Positions 40,088-53,821 of a stretch of DNA of 64,000 nt are shown in pieces. The DNA is from Trichosphaerium sp. ATCC 40318 (Eukaryota > Protista > Tubulinea). The stretch spans positions 5,039 through 69,038 of the forward strand of contig JALMLS010000313.1 in NCBI GenBank assembly GCA_038496445.1, in the 5' to 3' direction. Made by a program: the position numbers and the translations under genes. Below the pieces are notes generated by a model. That model searched no databases. It saw only the letters and a list, made by a program, of their open reading frames with translations, and was not told where the DNA came from. Position 1 is the stretch's first letter. Every line of letters starts with the position of its first letter.

Positions 40088-41905
40088 TCACCACAAATGT
40101 GCGCCCTTGTGGACCAACTGTAGGTAACAGCAATTTCTTATCAAAGTTGAATAGAGAGGAGCGGGTCTGGGAATCAGAGGCAATGAGGTGAGCCAAGCTG
40201 GCTCAAATAAATAAAATAAAAATATATCTTGAAATATGTATTTCAACTCACCATCACTACGAACCTTATGGGTATTACCAATTGTAATACGCCCCTTGTC
40301 TGCGTTCAAGAAATTTGACTAAAGACATCTCAGTTCAAAGGTGTTTTTGACTAATATTTTCGAGTTGAATAGAAGTGAAAAGATAAGAAAAAAATGGGAT
40401 CAAAATTACATTGACTATCGACTTGCATGGTCGACTCACCTTTGGCAATGGTGTCATCATTGAGAACATCCTCCATATATCACGTTTGGTGGGGTTGGAC
40501 AAAACTAAATAGACGAGTTGAAGTGCTGTTGACTTGCAATATTTTTCAAGATGAGAACAGAAGAAAAAAAAAAAGAATGCATCAACGTAGTTGTGCATGG
40601 GTTGACTCACCAGCAGAGTTGAAATCTTCATCAACGTCCTCATATACCTCTTTTTTGTTTTCGCGTGGATAGAACTAGAAAGAGATAAATTTAAGACCGC
40701 TGTTGAAGTACATAGTTGAGCGTAGAAGAAAAAAAATGAAGATTAGAAAAAATGTTGTATTGTAGCTGTACTATTTACCTTCCATCTCAAGACCAAATTG
40801 AGCCCCAGTTTGTATACCAATGGATTTTGACAAGTTGATCTCATTTTGCAATTGACAAATGCTTCTCATCATATTCTTCACGTGAGATATAGCGACAGGA
40901 TCCAAGCTTCGTAACTGAGTTCCCATCTAAAAATACTAATTGTAAACCTAAATTACACTCCACTAACTATCGTAGAACGTGAATAGCACACTGCCACTGT
41001 ATGTTCTTCCGCCATCTACTGATACTGCTACATGTACTGGTTTGGGCTAAACAATCTCCGTTTACATCAGGCATTTATCGTCGGGGTATACCAATATCCG
41101 TCTATAGCGGGTGTCAATTTTAACTTACATTGTTTGAGTGCTTGAGTAATGACATTAGATAAAAGTACCAGTATATTAGATGAAGCATGCCATTCAACGT
41201 CTGTAAAGACATGTTTGCCAAACTTAACTTTTGTGTTTTTCGACGGTTTAAAATTTAAACCGTACAAACTGACGTGGTACACGCCAGATATTGGGCCTTT
41301 TGGAGGAACAACAAGGTTCACGCAACAAACTAGGGAGTGCCAAATAGTATTTGTTGTGTTGACAAGCAACATTTTCGATAATTTTCACCGAAGCGTCGTT
41401 TGGTGCATTGCTCGTAGATCCGTGTATTTTGGCGATCACCGGCTTTTTTTGTGCAATTTGCTTCTTTCTTTTCATGCGAATGGGTGTCTAGTTGTTTTGG
41501 ATCCACAATTTAGTACGGTACCTAGCCAAAAAATTAAGCTAAACAACTCCAAAAGGTGATAAGGAGTAAGTTTTAAAGAACTCCATAAAGATACTAAAAT
41601 TATCACCAAGCTTTGAAAACGAAAGAAAAAACGTGGACCAAGGGTAATAATTTATCTTACAAAACAGCATTGTACATTTGCTAATAAATCAAGATGCGAA
41701 TTTATGATCATAATACAAAACCAGAGAACCAGAAGTGATAATTGCAGAGGACCACAAAAGAGCACGTGTTGTCGCAGTTCCTTGTTGTATCGTAACCAGC
41801 GTTCTAATATCAAGCGTTCTGGCTTACCACCCTACCTTGTTGAAATTAAAGCGAAAAGAAGCCTCGTAGTAGCGTTACGTGCTGCCAAATGTCAGTGTAC
41901 CTGTA
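40088..41905 (-). pseudogene. IPT/TIG-domain gene, apparently 5'-truncated or degenerate
   Basis: VVPPKGPISGVYHVSLYGLNF...VKFG...PVHVAVSVDGGRTYSGSVLFTFYD is an IPT/TIG signature; some exon phases do not join; abuts the Rab2 pseudogene. Confidence 0.55.
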
Positions 41906-41921
41906 AGTGAGTCGCCCATCG

Positions 41922-42521
<600 letters not shown>

Positions 42522-42751
42522 AAAAACGCACTACAGCTTACATGATAAACAAACTGCCATTCTATAAATTCTCATTTTGACAAAAAAAATAAATGCTATT
42601 TTAGTTGACATGTTTTATTTTACACGGAGAATGCCATTTCAACGCTTGCTTTTGACACCTGAAAATGGCGGGTTATTTTTGGACATGTCAGACCTACATT
42701 TAGATTTCGAAAAAGAGTTAAATTTCTTCAATTTTTTCAAGCTCCTCTAAC

Positions 42752-44079
42752 ATGACCACTCGTGATAATTGTCACGCCCAGCGTTCAGACCGACACGTAC
42801 GTAGTTACATACTCAATATTAGTATTGGCAATGACACCGCCTTTAGACATGCAAACGTAAAAGTAGCAGTCTCACAAGCTACAGACCACCCAAACGGCGT
42901 CGGTTGACCATAGTGTACGCTTTTAAAGAATTTGCTTTTGCTGTTAAATTGTTTTAAAAATACCACACTAATTGCGCTTAGATTTCATATCTCTAACTTC
43001 TCGGAGATTGCAAAATACTTGACTGTCATAGTTGACAGAACGCTGGGACGTGCTCACCCTTACAAAGTCCCTGAAGTAAGGGTATTATCATTGAAGCAAT
43101 GGCTGGACACTGATAAATGGAAATTATGCATCAAGTTCATGAATAAGCCAAGACTCATCGAAGATCAGTTCGTGACCCTAAAGAGCTGGTTCGGAAAGGT
43201 CAAGTGCCCTGACCTTGAAGCTCATAGAGCCGGTAACATTCTCCTCTACAATCTTGAAGTAATGGCCCGCGAACAAAACTATTGGGCTTTGCCGTGTACG
43301 TTTAGTTTTTTTTTTTTTGCCTGTTTTTTTTCTTCTCAAAGCTAATGTGGGTTGTGTTAAGGTCACAAGGTTCACTACATTTTCCGCGATGAAAATCGGT
43401 ACGCACCTTTTCTTTGATGCCCTCTTTGCTGAGTTATGAAATTTGTTATTTTCTTTTTCACACAAAATCACGAATTTCTTTCTTTCATGAAACGTGGCTC
43501 ACAAAAAGCGGTCTGCATGAAAATAAACGTAGTTTTTATACTTTTTTTGCGAAATAAGGCCGTTTTTGCCAACTCTCGCTAATTTCAGAACATCTCTCCC
43601 AGGTTTTGTTTTTCCACTCTTGCACAACGTACTCACGCACCATTAGGTTTAATGAAAAACACGGCGATCTCCTCGATGAGGAGTATTACAAAGAAGTCAA
43701 TTTTGACAATGACTTCTGGGATAGGTATAACTACCTAATGCAAGAGGTCTGTCAAGTCTGTCTTGCAGCGGTAATGTGCTTACATGAGCACTTACCAGAG
43801 GGGTTGCCATTGCTCTGTGGCTTAGATTTTTGTGGGTGGCATCATGAGTTGTTCTACAACAAGCGCGTGTGGAAGGTTCTGGCGGCATACTTGGTGCTAA
43901 ATAACAGAAGCACAGTAAGGGCCAAAGACCTCTTACACCGCATAGCGCGGGATCGAGGAGACATAGTCCACAGCCGACGTAAAAGTCACCAAGATCTACT
44001 TGGTCATTGTTCGGCTCTCGTATCTTTAATTGACCCAGACCGCGCCCATGACGTTCAAGCTATAGGTACATCATGTTAG
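42752..44079 (+). CDS. Duplicate of the uncharacterised gene 15253-16582
   Basis: Same exons, few substitutions (e.g. PTL/PRL, AQD/ARD, DIL/DIV); splice sites retained. Confidence 0.65.
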
Positions 44080-44566
44080 TTCTTATTTTCAATCACTCTA
44101 ACTCTCTCGTAGCGAACACAAGAGTGTACCAATCATAATTGAGTGTGTTTTTCAACACAACGTCTTGTACTTTTAACACTTTTAAAATGAAAAATTATTT
44201 ATTGTTATCAAAAAAAAAAATACTTGTAAAAATGTAAGCGTGATGGAGGAAATACCTCCACCACTTGAAAAGAAGGACCCAATAAACAAAACAAATAAAC
44301 ATGCATTATATACATATCGTAGAAATTCAATGTAAATCCGCTACGTCTCAAGTGTTTATTCTGGCTTCGTTTTCTTCTACACATTCGTCTTAAAATTGTT
44401 TTTCTGGCTTGTTCAACCTCTTGTGCAAAGAGGCTGTACTTTTTTCTCTAGGTCCCAATAAACAAACTTTACCACGTACGTCTTTAAACAATTTGTTGTC
44501 TCATTTAGCGCTCTACATGTGGTCTTTGAAGGAGATTCTCACTATCTTGAGGGTACTAGAGATAAT

Positions 44567-46026
44567 TCCTTCAGAACAAACAGACTCAATATCTTCACTC
44601 TTCTTAACTTGGCTACAAGCGTAGGATCTGGTTTGCTAACATCAAAGGAGCTTCTTTTGTTATATTGGACGCCCTCTTTTTTTTATAAGACTCATAGAGC
44701 TAACCCAAAGTTGATGTTCGCATTGTTACAATCTAACAAATGCGCGGCTACGACGTACCTTGCCAGCGGGTCACTGAAATTGGCTTAACAAAATCAGTTT
44801 ATCAACTTGACAAAAGTCCAGAGTTTGACATTACAATCGGCAAGTGACAGGAAAAAAAAAACATTTTACACACCTAGCCGCAAAACTCTCCGACCCTTCA
44901 CTAGAACCAGATTATGTAAGCATACCACATAAGCTTAATGGCTTTAACATACACTTTAAAAATATTCTATGCAATAAGAAAGCATAAGATGGTGCTGTAA
45001 GCTCAAAAAAAAATATGTAGTAAATTACAATCTCGCCTAAACAGGAAAGTAACAATTTTAAACCATGTGTGTCCTTTTGTGATGCCTGAGTATTACAGAA
45101 TGTGTGAATAGCTCCATGTATGTGGAAACGAAAGTTATGAACGTTGAACAGCGTTTTTTGGTTCAAAAAGTGGATTGCTCGCTAAAACCCAGTTTAAATA
45201 CTCTAAACGATATTTCCTACGCGTAGAGGGTATGTATGTGCATTAAATACGCTATTTGAATTAAGAAAACAATAAAAAGTCAAAACGCTAGCCAACGCCA
45301 TCAATACTGTGTAATATGCTTCTGTTAGCTGTTTCTTTTTGATGTACCTATTTCACTGTTTATTTGGGTTTCTACCTTTAGAAACATGTACATTTTTAAA
45401 ACGGAAGCGGTTAATTGGTATGTGTATTTTTCAAAACATCATAGTGGTACTACTGTATCATCTACTCTGTTTCAACTAGAAAAGTGTAGAACACAACGTA
45501 TAACATCAGTGTAGATTGGATAGAGCATGAATTTCAACAAATGTCGTTCAACAAACTCCCATATTAGAAGCACTTTATTGTGCTCTTAATTTTAAACACA
45601 CAACATATGGCGTTAAATACAACCATTACCAGCTAGAAAATGTAACAAAACTCAGAATGAAGATGTTTGTATTGATGCTGACTTAGCTAAACTAATTTAA
45701 AAAAAGTCACAAAGTTGTACTATTTTTTAGCGTCATTGTAGACTACATCACTACATGTGAATACCTAACGCTTAACAGACGTTATTCACATCATATGTGG
45801 TTATAACTACACAAAGCATCGATCATAGAAATGTATTTTAAAGAGCATACGTAAGTTTGTTTTTAAGAGTGGAGTGCTTGCATAATAGGCTCAAGCATAA
45901 GTCGCCACTACAGAAAATGTGTTCAGCACTCAAGTGGTTGCCGTTAACGTACCAACCTTACCGTATGTGAAGTAATAATCACTGTTAACACGTTAGGTGT
46001 GTTAGAAAGCGAAACCTTTTTCATTG
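44567..46026. other. ~1.46 kb segment present only in the right arm
   Basis: Replaces the 20-bp gcaggctattcacaacaata of the left arm between gtactagagataat and tctatttagttcag. Confidence 0.8.
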
Positions 46027-46219
46027 TCTATTTAGTTCAGTCTACTTGTTTGATGAGGTGCCTTTTTGGCGAAGTCCACATTTTTGTCAATACAAACAAC
46101 AACTTGGTTTTGTGAACAATACAAACATGTCATCAAATACTCAAAACTGAGCGAAAAGGAAGTTAACAAACACAGACAAGTTGTCAGTAGCCAAATAAAA
46201 AAAATAATGCCATTTATTT

Positions 46220-46830
46220 CTACACGGCTTTATGTTGATTTAGGACACAAATTATTTTATCGACGCAATCCCGCATAACGTCCAGATTAAAAGCTGAATT
46301 CGGATGGTTACAGTTGTTGCGTTGCAGAGCGAGCTCATTAAGAACATTACGAGTTATCGCTGTCGTGAGCCGCGCGGCGTGAGGGTCGTGTTGCAGAAAA
46401 TACAACCAATCCGATAGGTTTGTAAACGTGATGTTGCTACGCGTTTGTAACACTCTCGCCGACTTTTGGTTAAGCTCGTGGACAACGATCGCCTCCAGCT
46501 TCTTACCAGACACGAGCACCTTTCCCACTGGACTCTACAAAAAAAAAAACCAAAGACTCAATATAATTTTGTTAAGCTTTTGTTGTTCGTACCAGCACTC
46601 GATGGTTGGGTCTGGGTCTTTGTCCTCTTACCATCCTGTGCACGCAAGTTAGTATCATAAAACCCCCCAAAAAAAAAGAGTAGAGTAGAATTTGTCAAAA
46701 AACACGTACTCTATCTCTTCCTTAGTCGCATTCTTAATGATGCTGGAGGTCTCGTCTTGACTGAGATTCGCTCTACACAAAAAGTAAAAGAATGGAATTT
46801 TATGAAGCCGCACCTGCTGTTGGTGCTCAT
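46220..46830 (-). CDS. Novel family member B' (recent duplicate of 14026-14624)
   Basis: Same four exons; A>V, K>N, Q>R changes and altered C-terminus VLNQHKAV*. Confidence 0.8.
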
Positions 46831-47769
46831 AGTTCGTATTTTGTGAGAGAAGGGGGGTAAAGTCTTGAGACGTGTTGGTTGATTTATCGAAGTTAAGATA
46901 AACGAAGCGAAAAAAACTAAGCTTAAGTTATCGTCGTAAGCAAGCCCAGCTTTTCCAAACGGTCTGAGAGGTCCAAGCTACTCCCGATTGCAGGAGTATG
47001 GATGTTGTCTGTTCGTTCGTTCTTTTACCAATCTAAAAAAATATTCAGTGGTAAAACCCACAAACGCGAACGGCCGTGGCGTGTGTTTAATTAGCATCTT
47101 CTAGCGCGTGGTTGGTGTAATCGGTTGCTAGACCGTTAGTTTTTCGATGGGCAGAGAGGCCTTCTTTCCTTACAAATCGCGATGAATATAGTATTTCATA
47201 GCACTGGCAGGCTTGTAGTTTGGTGCGTTTCAGAAGCCGTTTTTCTTTTTGAGAAACCTATTTTACGACCTCAGCATCTACTTTTTTTTTCTTATCTTAC
47301 TCACACTGCGTAGAGGTAGGAGGTTAGCTTGCGTTAAAAACTGGCGAGAGAGAAACTGAGGAGGTGAAAGAACACTTTAGCTTAAATCTCTCGTATGCTG
47401 GAAACGCGAACAGAGGAGGGGATAGGGTTACGCTTTTGCTCACTACATGCCTTTGTAAACGTATTTCTCATCATGCCTTGCCTCTCAAAGCAGTTTTTAT
47501 TTGGAACTGTTGGAGCAGAACGTGTGATTGCCCCATATAATACTATCGCTCGCAAGTAGGCTGTGTTGAGGTACGCCAACGAAAGGTACCGTTTCGTTTT
47601 CGAAACTCCACCCTTTTTATTTTTAGTTCACCACCTCTGCGTAACCAGAACTGCGGCTTGGAAGTAAGGTCAACCAACGTACGGTAAAAAGCCAAAAACA
47701 AAGCCTTTATTTAAACTACAACCCCAACTCAACTCAACTCACTCACTCACACGAAAAATAAAATAGATG

Positions 47770-48010
47770 CAAAAATTGTCTTTCGACCTTAGAGCTACGG
47801 GCCACCACTAGCTCTAGACAAGACACCCATGGCCTTATTCACGCACTGTTTTCCAATCTAGCACGCGAGGTATCGTCAACCGGTCATTTGCAAGCAGATT
47901 GTTAATATACTTACGGGCGTTCGACGCGTGTATCCTGCTACCCCTGGTGAAACAGGGCACTCTTGAGAGGACGTATTTGTACCACTGCGAACACCCAGTT
48001 TAACGCCCCC
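47770..48010 (-). ncRNA. Second copy of the candidate 241-nt structured ncRNA
   Basis: Appears identical to the reverse complement of 12850-13090. Confidence 0.4.
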
Positions 48011-48289
48011 ACTAACAAAATCGATTTAAAATCCTTTTGTTGATCACTATTTTGATCAAAATTTAATTGTGGTTTTTGCGAATTTCTTCTAAAACCCTCC
48101 TGCACGATAGCCACGACATATTTACGCGTTATTGATGATTTTTTGGATTATTTACACGCGAATTCGAGTTTGGTATGTGCGTGGTGTAGTAGTGTAGTAA
48201 CGGAAAATAAAATTCAAAAAAAAATGTTAATTTTCATACCTTTCGAAAACAGTTTGATCAATGCGTTCACTATTGTCTGAATTCGACCG

Positions 48290-48575
48290 AAATCGTAACA
48301 AAAGTCTTCTGTAAAACACATTTATTGGCTATTGATCCCACAGAGCTTCAGTTCTTGTCATCGCCTTATTCTACACTTTCCTCTTTAGAGGACTTGTTAG
48401 ATTTAGAAGACTTCTCTTCCTTTTTGGAAGATTTATCGTCTCCAGCTTCTGATTTCGCGCTACGAGAGCTCTTCTTACGACTGCTGCTTGATGCACGAGC
48501 AGTTACGGGTTTCCCATTAGAGTATACCTCATCTTTGCTATTTCCACGTGTGCTAAAACGCGGAACTGTAAACAT
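48290..48575 (-). pseudogene. Third copy of the PIP5K last exon (frame and acceptor intact, orphaned)
   Basis: ttttag|CACACGTGGAAATAGC...GAATAA = TRGNSKDEVYSNGKPVTARAS...KEESVE*. Confidence 0.85.
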
Positions 48576-48957
48576 AGCGGGTTGTACTCTAAAGGCATTG
48601 AATGTACGGCTTATTTCTTTTTTAGACGTTAGAGGTTCTATAAACAAAGGCGCTAACAAGACAACGTTGCGATTTCACGCACAAGCGGTCAAGATACTGG
48701 CACTAGCACTTGAGTGATTTTGTTGAGCAACTAAGTTTCTCACTCCAGTCCTGTATTTTCTCATCAAACGGGCATACGCACTGCAAAGCACGTACAGAGC
48801 TAAGCATGCACTATCATAAGCTTAATAACACAGTTTGTTATGCCATTGTAATTTTAATGTACAGTAAAATACAAGGAGATTAAAAAGTACCCTAAGTGAA
48901 AAGTATTTTTCTTTCGATTCGGTTTTTTGACGTAATGCCACCGCAAAAAAGGAAACA

Positions 48958-51674
48958 TCAGTTTGCTCTCGTCCTGTAAATAGGCCCAGCCGTCTCTTGG
49001 CGGTTGTTGAAACATCCCAAGCTCCCTAAGACGTCTTGTAACGGCACAGCTCTGAAATTATCAGCTGTGTTTGTAATGCGACATAGAAGGTACAACAGCT
49101 TTCTTTGTTGAAGCAGTAACTACAGGCAAACATTAGAATAAACAGAACTAGGCTTTGGTGCTAGAAAAAAAGCACAACGAAAAAATAGTACAACTTTGTG
49201 GTACAAACAACGCCAAAAAGGACTAAAAAAAAAATATTGCGATCTTTTCAAACCACTGCGAAAGCAGTAGATGAACGGCGAGCTAATTACAAAAAAATAA
49301 CGTACTTGAAGCATTCTTTCCAATGGGCACTTGTTACCATCGAACTGATAAGATGATACAAACATATTAGAAGTTCTTTCGAGCAACCATTCGTTTATGG
49401 AACCGTCGGGTCCTTTCACTTGAATAATTAGTGACCCAGGGAATTGTCTACTCCATCGAATCAATCCTGTAGACGCAGCGACGGCTGGTTGGCAAAGAAT
49501 ATTGAAACAATGCTGGCGAGAAATAAACGCAGGAAGGACCTCCAAGTTAGGGTGACCAGCAACCCACAACGCTTTAATCTAGAACAACGAGTAAATACAA
49601 GAAAACAAACCATTAAAAGTTCAGCAAAAGGGCGAAAAAGGCTTTGAGGTATCTATCCTCTACGAGAGCGCACTAATTTTATCTGCCCATACAAAGGAAC
49701 AGAAGAAAAGTAGGAGCGTTTTACACAATTTAAGTTCTTGAAAGAGCTTGTCGCCAACACACGTACCTGAGAGAGGCTATTGAATGAAGGGTTCAACCAC
49801 GATGTGCCAAACTTGTAAAAATTACCATCAAACTGCCCCTGACTAAATTCCCAAAGCCAACTACGCGTTACATTTAGAAAAACAATTAAACCGCGTTAAA
49901 CTGCTTACCGTAGATCGTGTTCGGACAGAGGACGTGCATTGTATATATCTGGAGGTAATGAAGTTCTGTAAACGCCTCTACAAGACTCCCTGAAGTCGAG
50001 TTCAGACTTTTGCGATACCTTTGGGTCCATTACATAGTCAGAGTTTCTAGACCGCTTAGGTTGTGCACTTGGACCTCTAGGCTTTCTAGAAGCGAGAGCT
50101 TCAGGTAATATTAAGTAGGTAGAATTATTGTGTAAGTGTTGAAAAACACGCCAAAATTTAACAACATCTGACTTTTGCTCGACTGTACTACCAGATCCTG
50201 AGTTAAGCATAAATGCGGCTTTAGTCTGCCCAATAAGCTCTCTAGTATACACGTAAACGATAATTAAAGTCAAAAAGGAAGACAGTCATTGCTGAAACTC
50301 AATAAAAAATAATTTACCTGTGTTTGTTGATTAAAGTGCATTCCAAGGAACAAAACTTTAGTGGCCTTCCTGGACGCTCATGGTTACAGTGAATTGAAAA
50401 GTCCATCGTAAGTGTTTGTCTGTTAACTTGAATAGGGAATTGATCCTAGAGAATATAGTAAGACACCACCAACTAACAAAAGAGTTTCGTACATTAAATT
50501 TTATAGGTCCGAATACGGTAGTTTTTTCTTTTTTACTTTTGGATTTTTGACACTTGTTACATAACGTAGCAATTACTTGAGCATCCTCCAAACCGACTAT
50601 TTGAACGTCCAAATACAGAGTAGAATCTTAATTGAAACAACGGGTAAGTTTGTGAAAGGACGTGAACTTTTTGGGTTTTACAATAAAATTTGCAAACACC
50701 TTTTTTGAGGAGGCAAGAGACAACTTTATGGTGAAATGCGTAATGAACCTGTGACAGAAAAAAAAAAAAAAACTACAGCAAAACGTCAAAAAAGGTTGGA
50801 AAAAAGAGCTTCCACGTTGTAAAGGCGTATGAACAACGTTTAGAAGTTCCCAAAATTCTCCCTTCAAAAAATTGGTTCATTTTTGGGTACAAAGGGTAAT
50901 TTTGTACCTTGATCGCCGCTGTAGTTGCCGTTTTGTGATTTTAGCTTCAGGAAATGGTATACATTGGGAATAGAGTTCAGTTTGAGGCGAATTTTTTTAC
51001 CGATACGGATATACGGATTCACACGCGTCTTATTCACAACAAGCTCCATATCTACCTACACAAAATTATTTTAATTTATTTCAGTGCACTAGTGGCAAAG
51101 TATAGCCTTTTCTTTTTTTTTTGTCTGGTTTAAACTCCTTTAACCGAAATAAAACGTACCATCGCATTTGGCAATGACTGAAGGAGCGGTGGAATATTTT
51201 GTTCTAAGTTGGGTGTATTAGCTAAAAATGCTACAATCGAATGTAAACGTGCTGTAATCAGGTGAATCGTCAACGGCACGTTGGTGTGGAAGCGTTGTAT
51301 GCGCTGGAGCAGGAGAATTCGGGTTGGACAGCGAAGACCTATTTCCATCAATTTTGCACATACTATTACAAAATATACAACTTCGTCAGGTACTTACTCG
51401 AGTGAAAATGGAGATTGGGTAACGTTGGAATAATCTTCTGAGTCAAACAAATCTCTGGGCTCTTGTTTAATGATAATACCGCTATTAATATGAATAAACA
51501 TGCGGTTGTTTAGGGCGCGTACTTGTCCACAGTATTATCGAAATTAGAGTTTTGGAACGTAAAACCGTCTGTATTTGATAGTGTTGGTATTTGGGCCATA
51601 CCCATTTGATTAATACCTCTTGCATCGTCTAACATAAACAAATCATCTCCGCCGTTACCAGGATAAAACGTCAT
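48958..51674 (-). CDS. STAT-like transcription factor (putative DNA-binding domain + linker + SH2 + C-terminal Tyr)
   Basis: Linker ARPLSEHDLRWLWEF...FYKFGTSWLNPSFNSL; SH2 IKALWVAG...AFISRQHCFNIL...TGLIRWSRQFPGSLII; terminal GPIYRTRAN*; N-terminal IKQE SUMO motif. Confidence 0.75.
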
Positions 51675-53038
51675 AGTAGCGCGAATTAAATTGGTACGCG
51701 TGATGCTGCGTGAAATGGTGCGTTTCAGTGACAATTACTAAGTAAGGTCTCTTAATAAGTCTTCTGTGGCTTTCCAAATCTTTCTAGCTACTCATCATTA
51801 CGGCTTCTGTTGTGAGTGTGATGAACCTTTGCGGACTAGTATTTTTTCAAGCCGTAGCTGAACTAGAAATCAATGTTTTCTGTCAACTTCGTAGCGACAG
51901 CGGCATCGCGGTAACCATAACCATCTTTAGCTCCTGTCCTCAGTATATGTCACTTACACGTTTTTTGTTTAGCACACAGCACGCTTCACGCGATTTTTGG
52001 ATACGCAAATAACACGTGAAGCAGGGCAAATATTTCAAATCTCATCTGCTCCACAACACTAGTAACTCTTCCAATCTCAGTATAAAGCCTGTTTCACGTT
52101 AGTACTACGTAAATCACCGTTTCTATTTGGTTCAAGCGTAAGCAGGTATCGTCAAAGCTAGTTTGAAACTTTGTCTACTATTTTACATGCTAATTCTCTG
52201 TAGGAAACTAAACTTGGCTAACAGTTACATGCAACTACTTGTGAGAAAACTGAGGCACGGCAAACTTGGGTTTTGAAGCACGTTACACGTTTTTTTTTAA
52301 AAATCCTATGCACAATGTGTTGTTGACCTTGCAACATTGTTGGTTCTAACCCTATCAGAGTTTAAAGGAGTATCGCTGAGAAACTTTGCTCAAGCGCCTG
52401 AAACACCAACGCTTTTCTACAAGCCACAGATACGTACTTTCCCCAAATTTTGATTTCAAACACTGGGTATTCTTGACGTTGACCTTTGCTTAGGCGTTTA
52501 CTTTGGCAGATGATGCAACGTAAGGCGTATGCTACTTCTTCCCGCTCCAAACTTGTGTATCAAAGGGTCACCAGTGAATACACCTTTCAAGAAAATGAAA
52601 ACAGTACGTTTCCAGTTTTCTGTCAACCATCCATTTGTTTTTATCTTTTTTTCTTCCTCACGTGCAATGTACTTATCACAGCATTAGATTTTCTACAAAC
52701 TGAGATGGTACTTAGCAGAGGACTTTGTGCTAGTATTAACTTGATGTGGACTACTGCTATCACTACACGATGAGAAGTCTACCAACCATTCTTTCCTAGT
52801 ATGAATTCTTCCATAACGCAAGTGGACGCTTACATGAAGATACGGAATAAACACGTCTGGAAGGCATTTGATACCATATCGCGACAATGGCGTGGCGATG
52901 TAGTTGTACGTTTTTGGTTGCCATGATTAAACCCGTAAAACAATTTGCTGGCAAAAAAAACTTTGTAGAGATCACTGCCATAGTGGCGTGAGTAGTTGAG
53001 GAATTTTAATTTAACAACAAATGCTGACGCTTGTTTAG

Positions 53039-53614
53039 ATACTGGACCCGGACGATGCAACTAATGTCTACGCATGTGACCTACGGAATGATACATGCAT
53101 CCGGACAAAAGCTTTCCGGGTCAATTCCTTTCGAGTTGCTCTTTTGTCAACTGTACCCGGAAGTAGCTTTTATCTGGGTGCATATACCATTCTGTTCCTT
53201 TCGACAGTTTAATGCAAAAGAAGCTTTTGTCCGGATGCATGTACCATTCCGTGGTCACGTGCATGGATTAAGAGCAAATAAGGTGCGTCAAGACGATTCC
53301 CTTTTGTTGTCATTAACATGAACGTCCTGTAGAAGAACACGGAATGCTGAAACAAAGCCACAAGAGATATGCGTACGTTTGGCATTTCAAGTCAGCAATA
53401 AACACTAAATCTTTTCTAGCTACTAGACCCATGTGAAGCCACCAAAGTATATAGGTGTGGCCTCGAACTGGTCGAGGCAATAAATCTCGCCAGCAGTAGG
53501 CTGGCACGAAGAATGTGGTGCGACCCACTGAGCTGCACCTCCTTGCCAGAGTGGCGCGAGTGCTTACTAGCACAAGAGTGTCGTCTGGCAAGAGAGCTGA
53601 ACAGGATTATTTGA
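53039..53614 (+). pseudogene. Novel family member D (paralogue of 20038-20642), disrupted by a foldback element and a premature stop
   Basis: tgtag|RTRNAETKPQEIC|gtacgtttggca matches member C exon 3; LVEAINLASSRLARRMWCDPLSCTSLPEWRECLLAQECRLARELNRII* matches member C exon 4. Confidence 0.8.
53065..53268. mobile_element. ~200-bp MITE/foldback element with ~50-bp terminal inverted repeats
   Basis: 53066-53114 vs 53221-53268 inverted (core TACATGCATCCGGACAAAAGCTT perfect); internal third degenerate copy at 53166-53194; TAA on both flanks. Confidence 0.75.
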
Positions 53615-53821
53615 TTCCCATAGTATTTAAAGGACGTAATTGATGAACGAAACAGTGGCGCTCACGTCAGCACAATGCCGCTAATATTGACGGAGTGGAT
53701 GAGAGGAACAACGATACACATGTCAACAACGCCTCCAATATAACCAAAATGTGCCGTAGCGCATTAACAATATTTCTTTAGGTATACGAATGATTGTTAC
53801 GGTGCAAATTTTCGTGCCGTT

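Noticed and set aside
48366-48960. Fusion of the orphan PIP5K exon onto the STAT-like gene
   Set aside because: The STAT-like frame has its own stop at 48958, ~400 bp upstream, and no clear in-phase donor was found.
52486-52960. Exon-like segments upstream of pseudogene D
   Set aside because: All frames are interrupted by stops and there is no recognisable homology.
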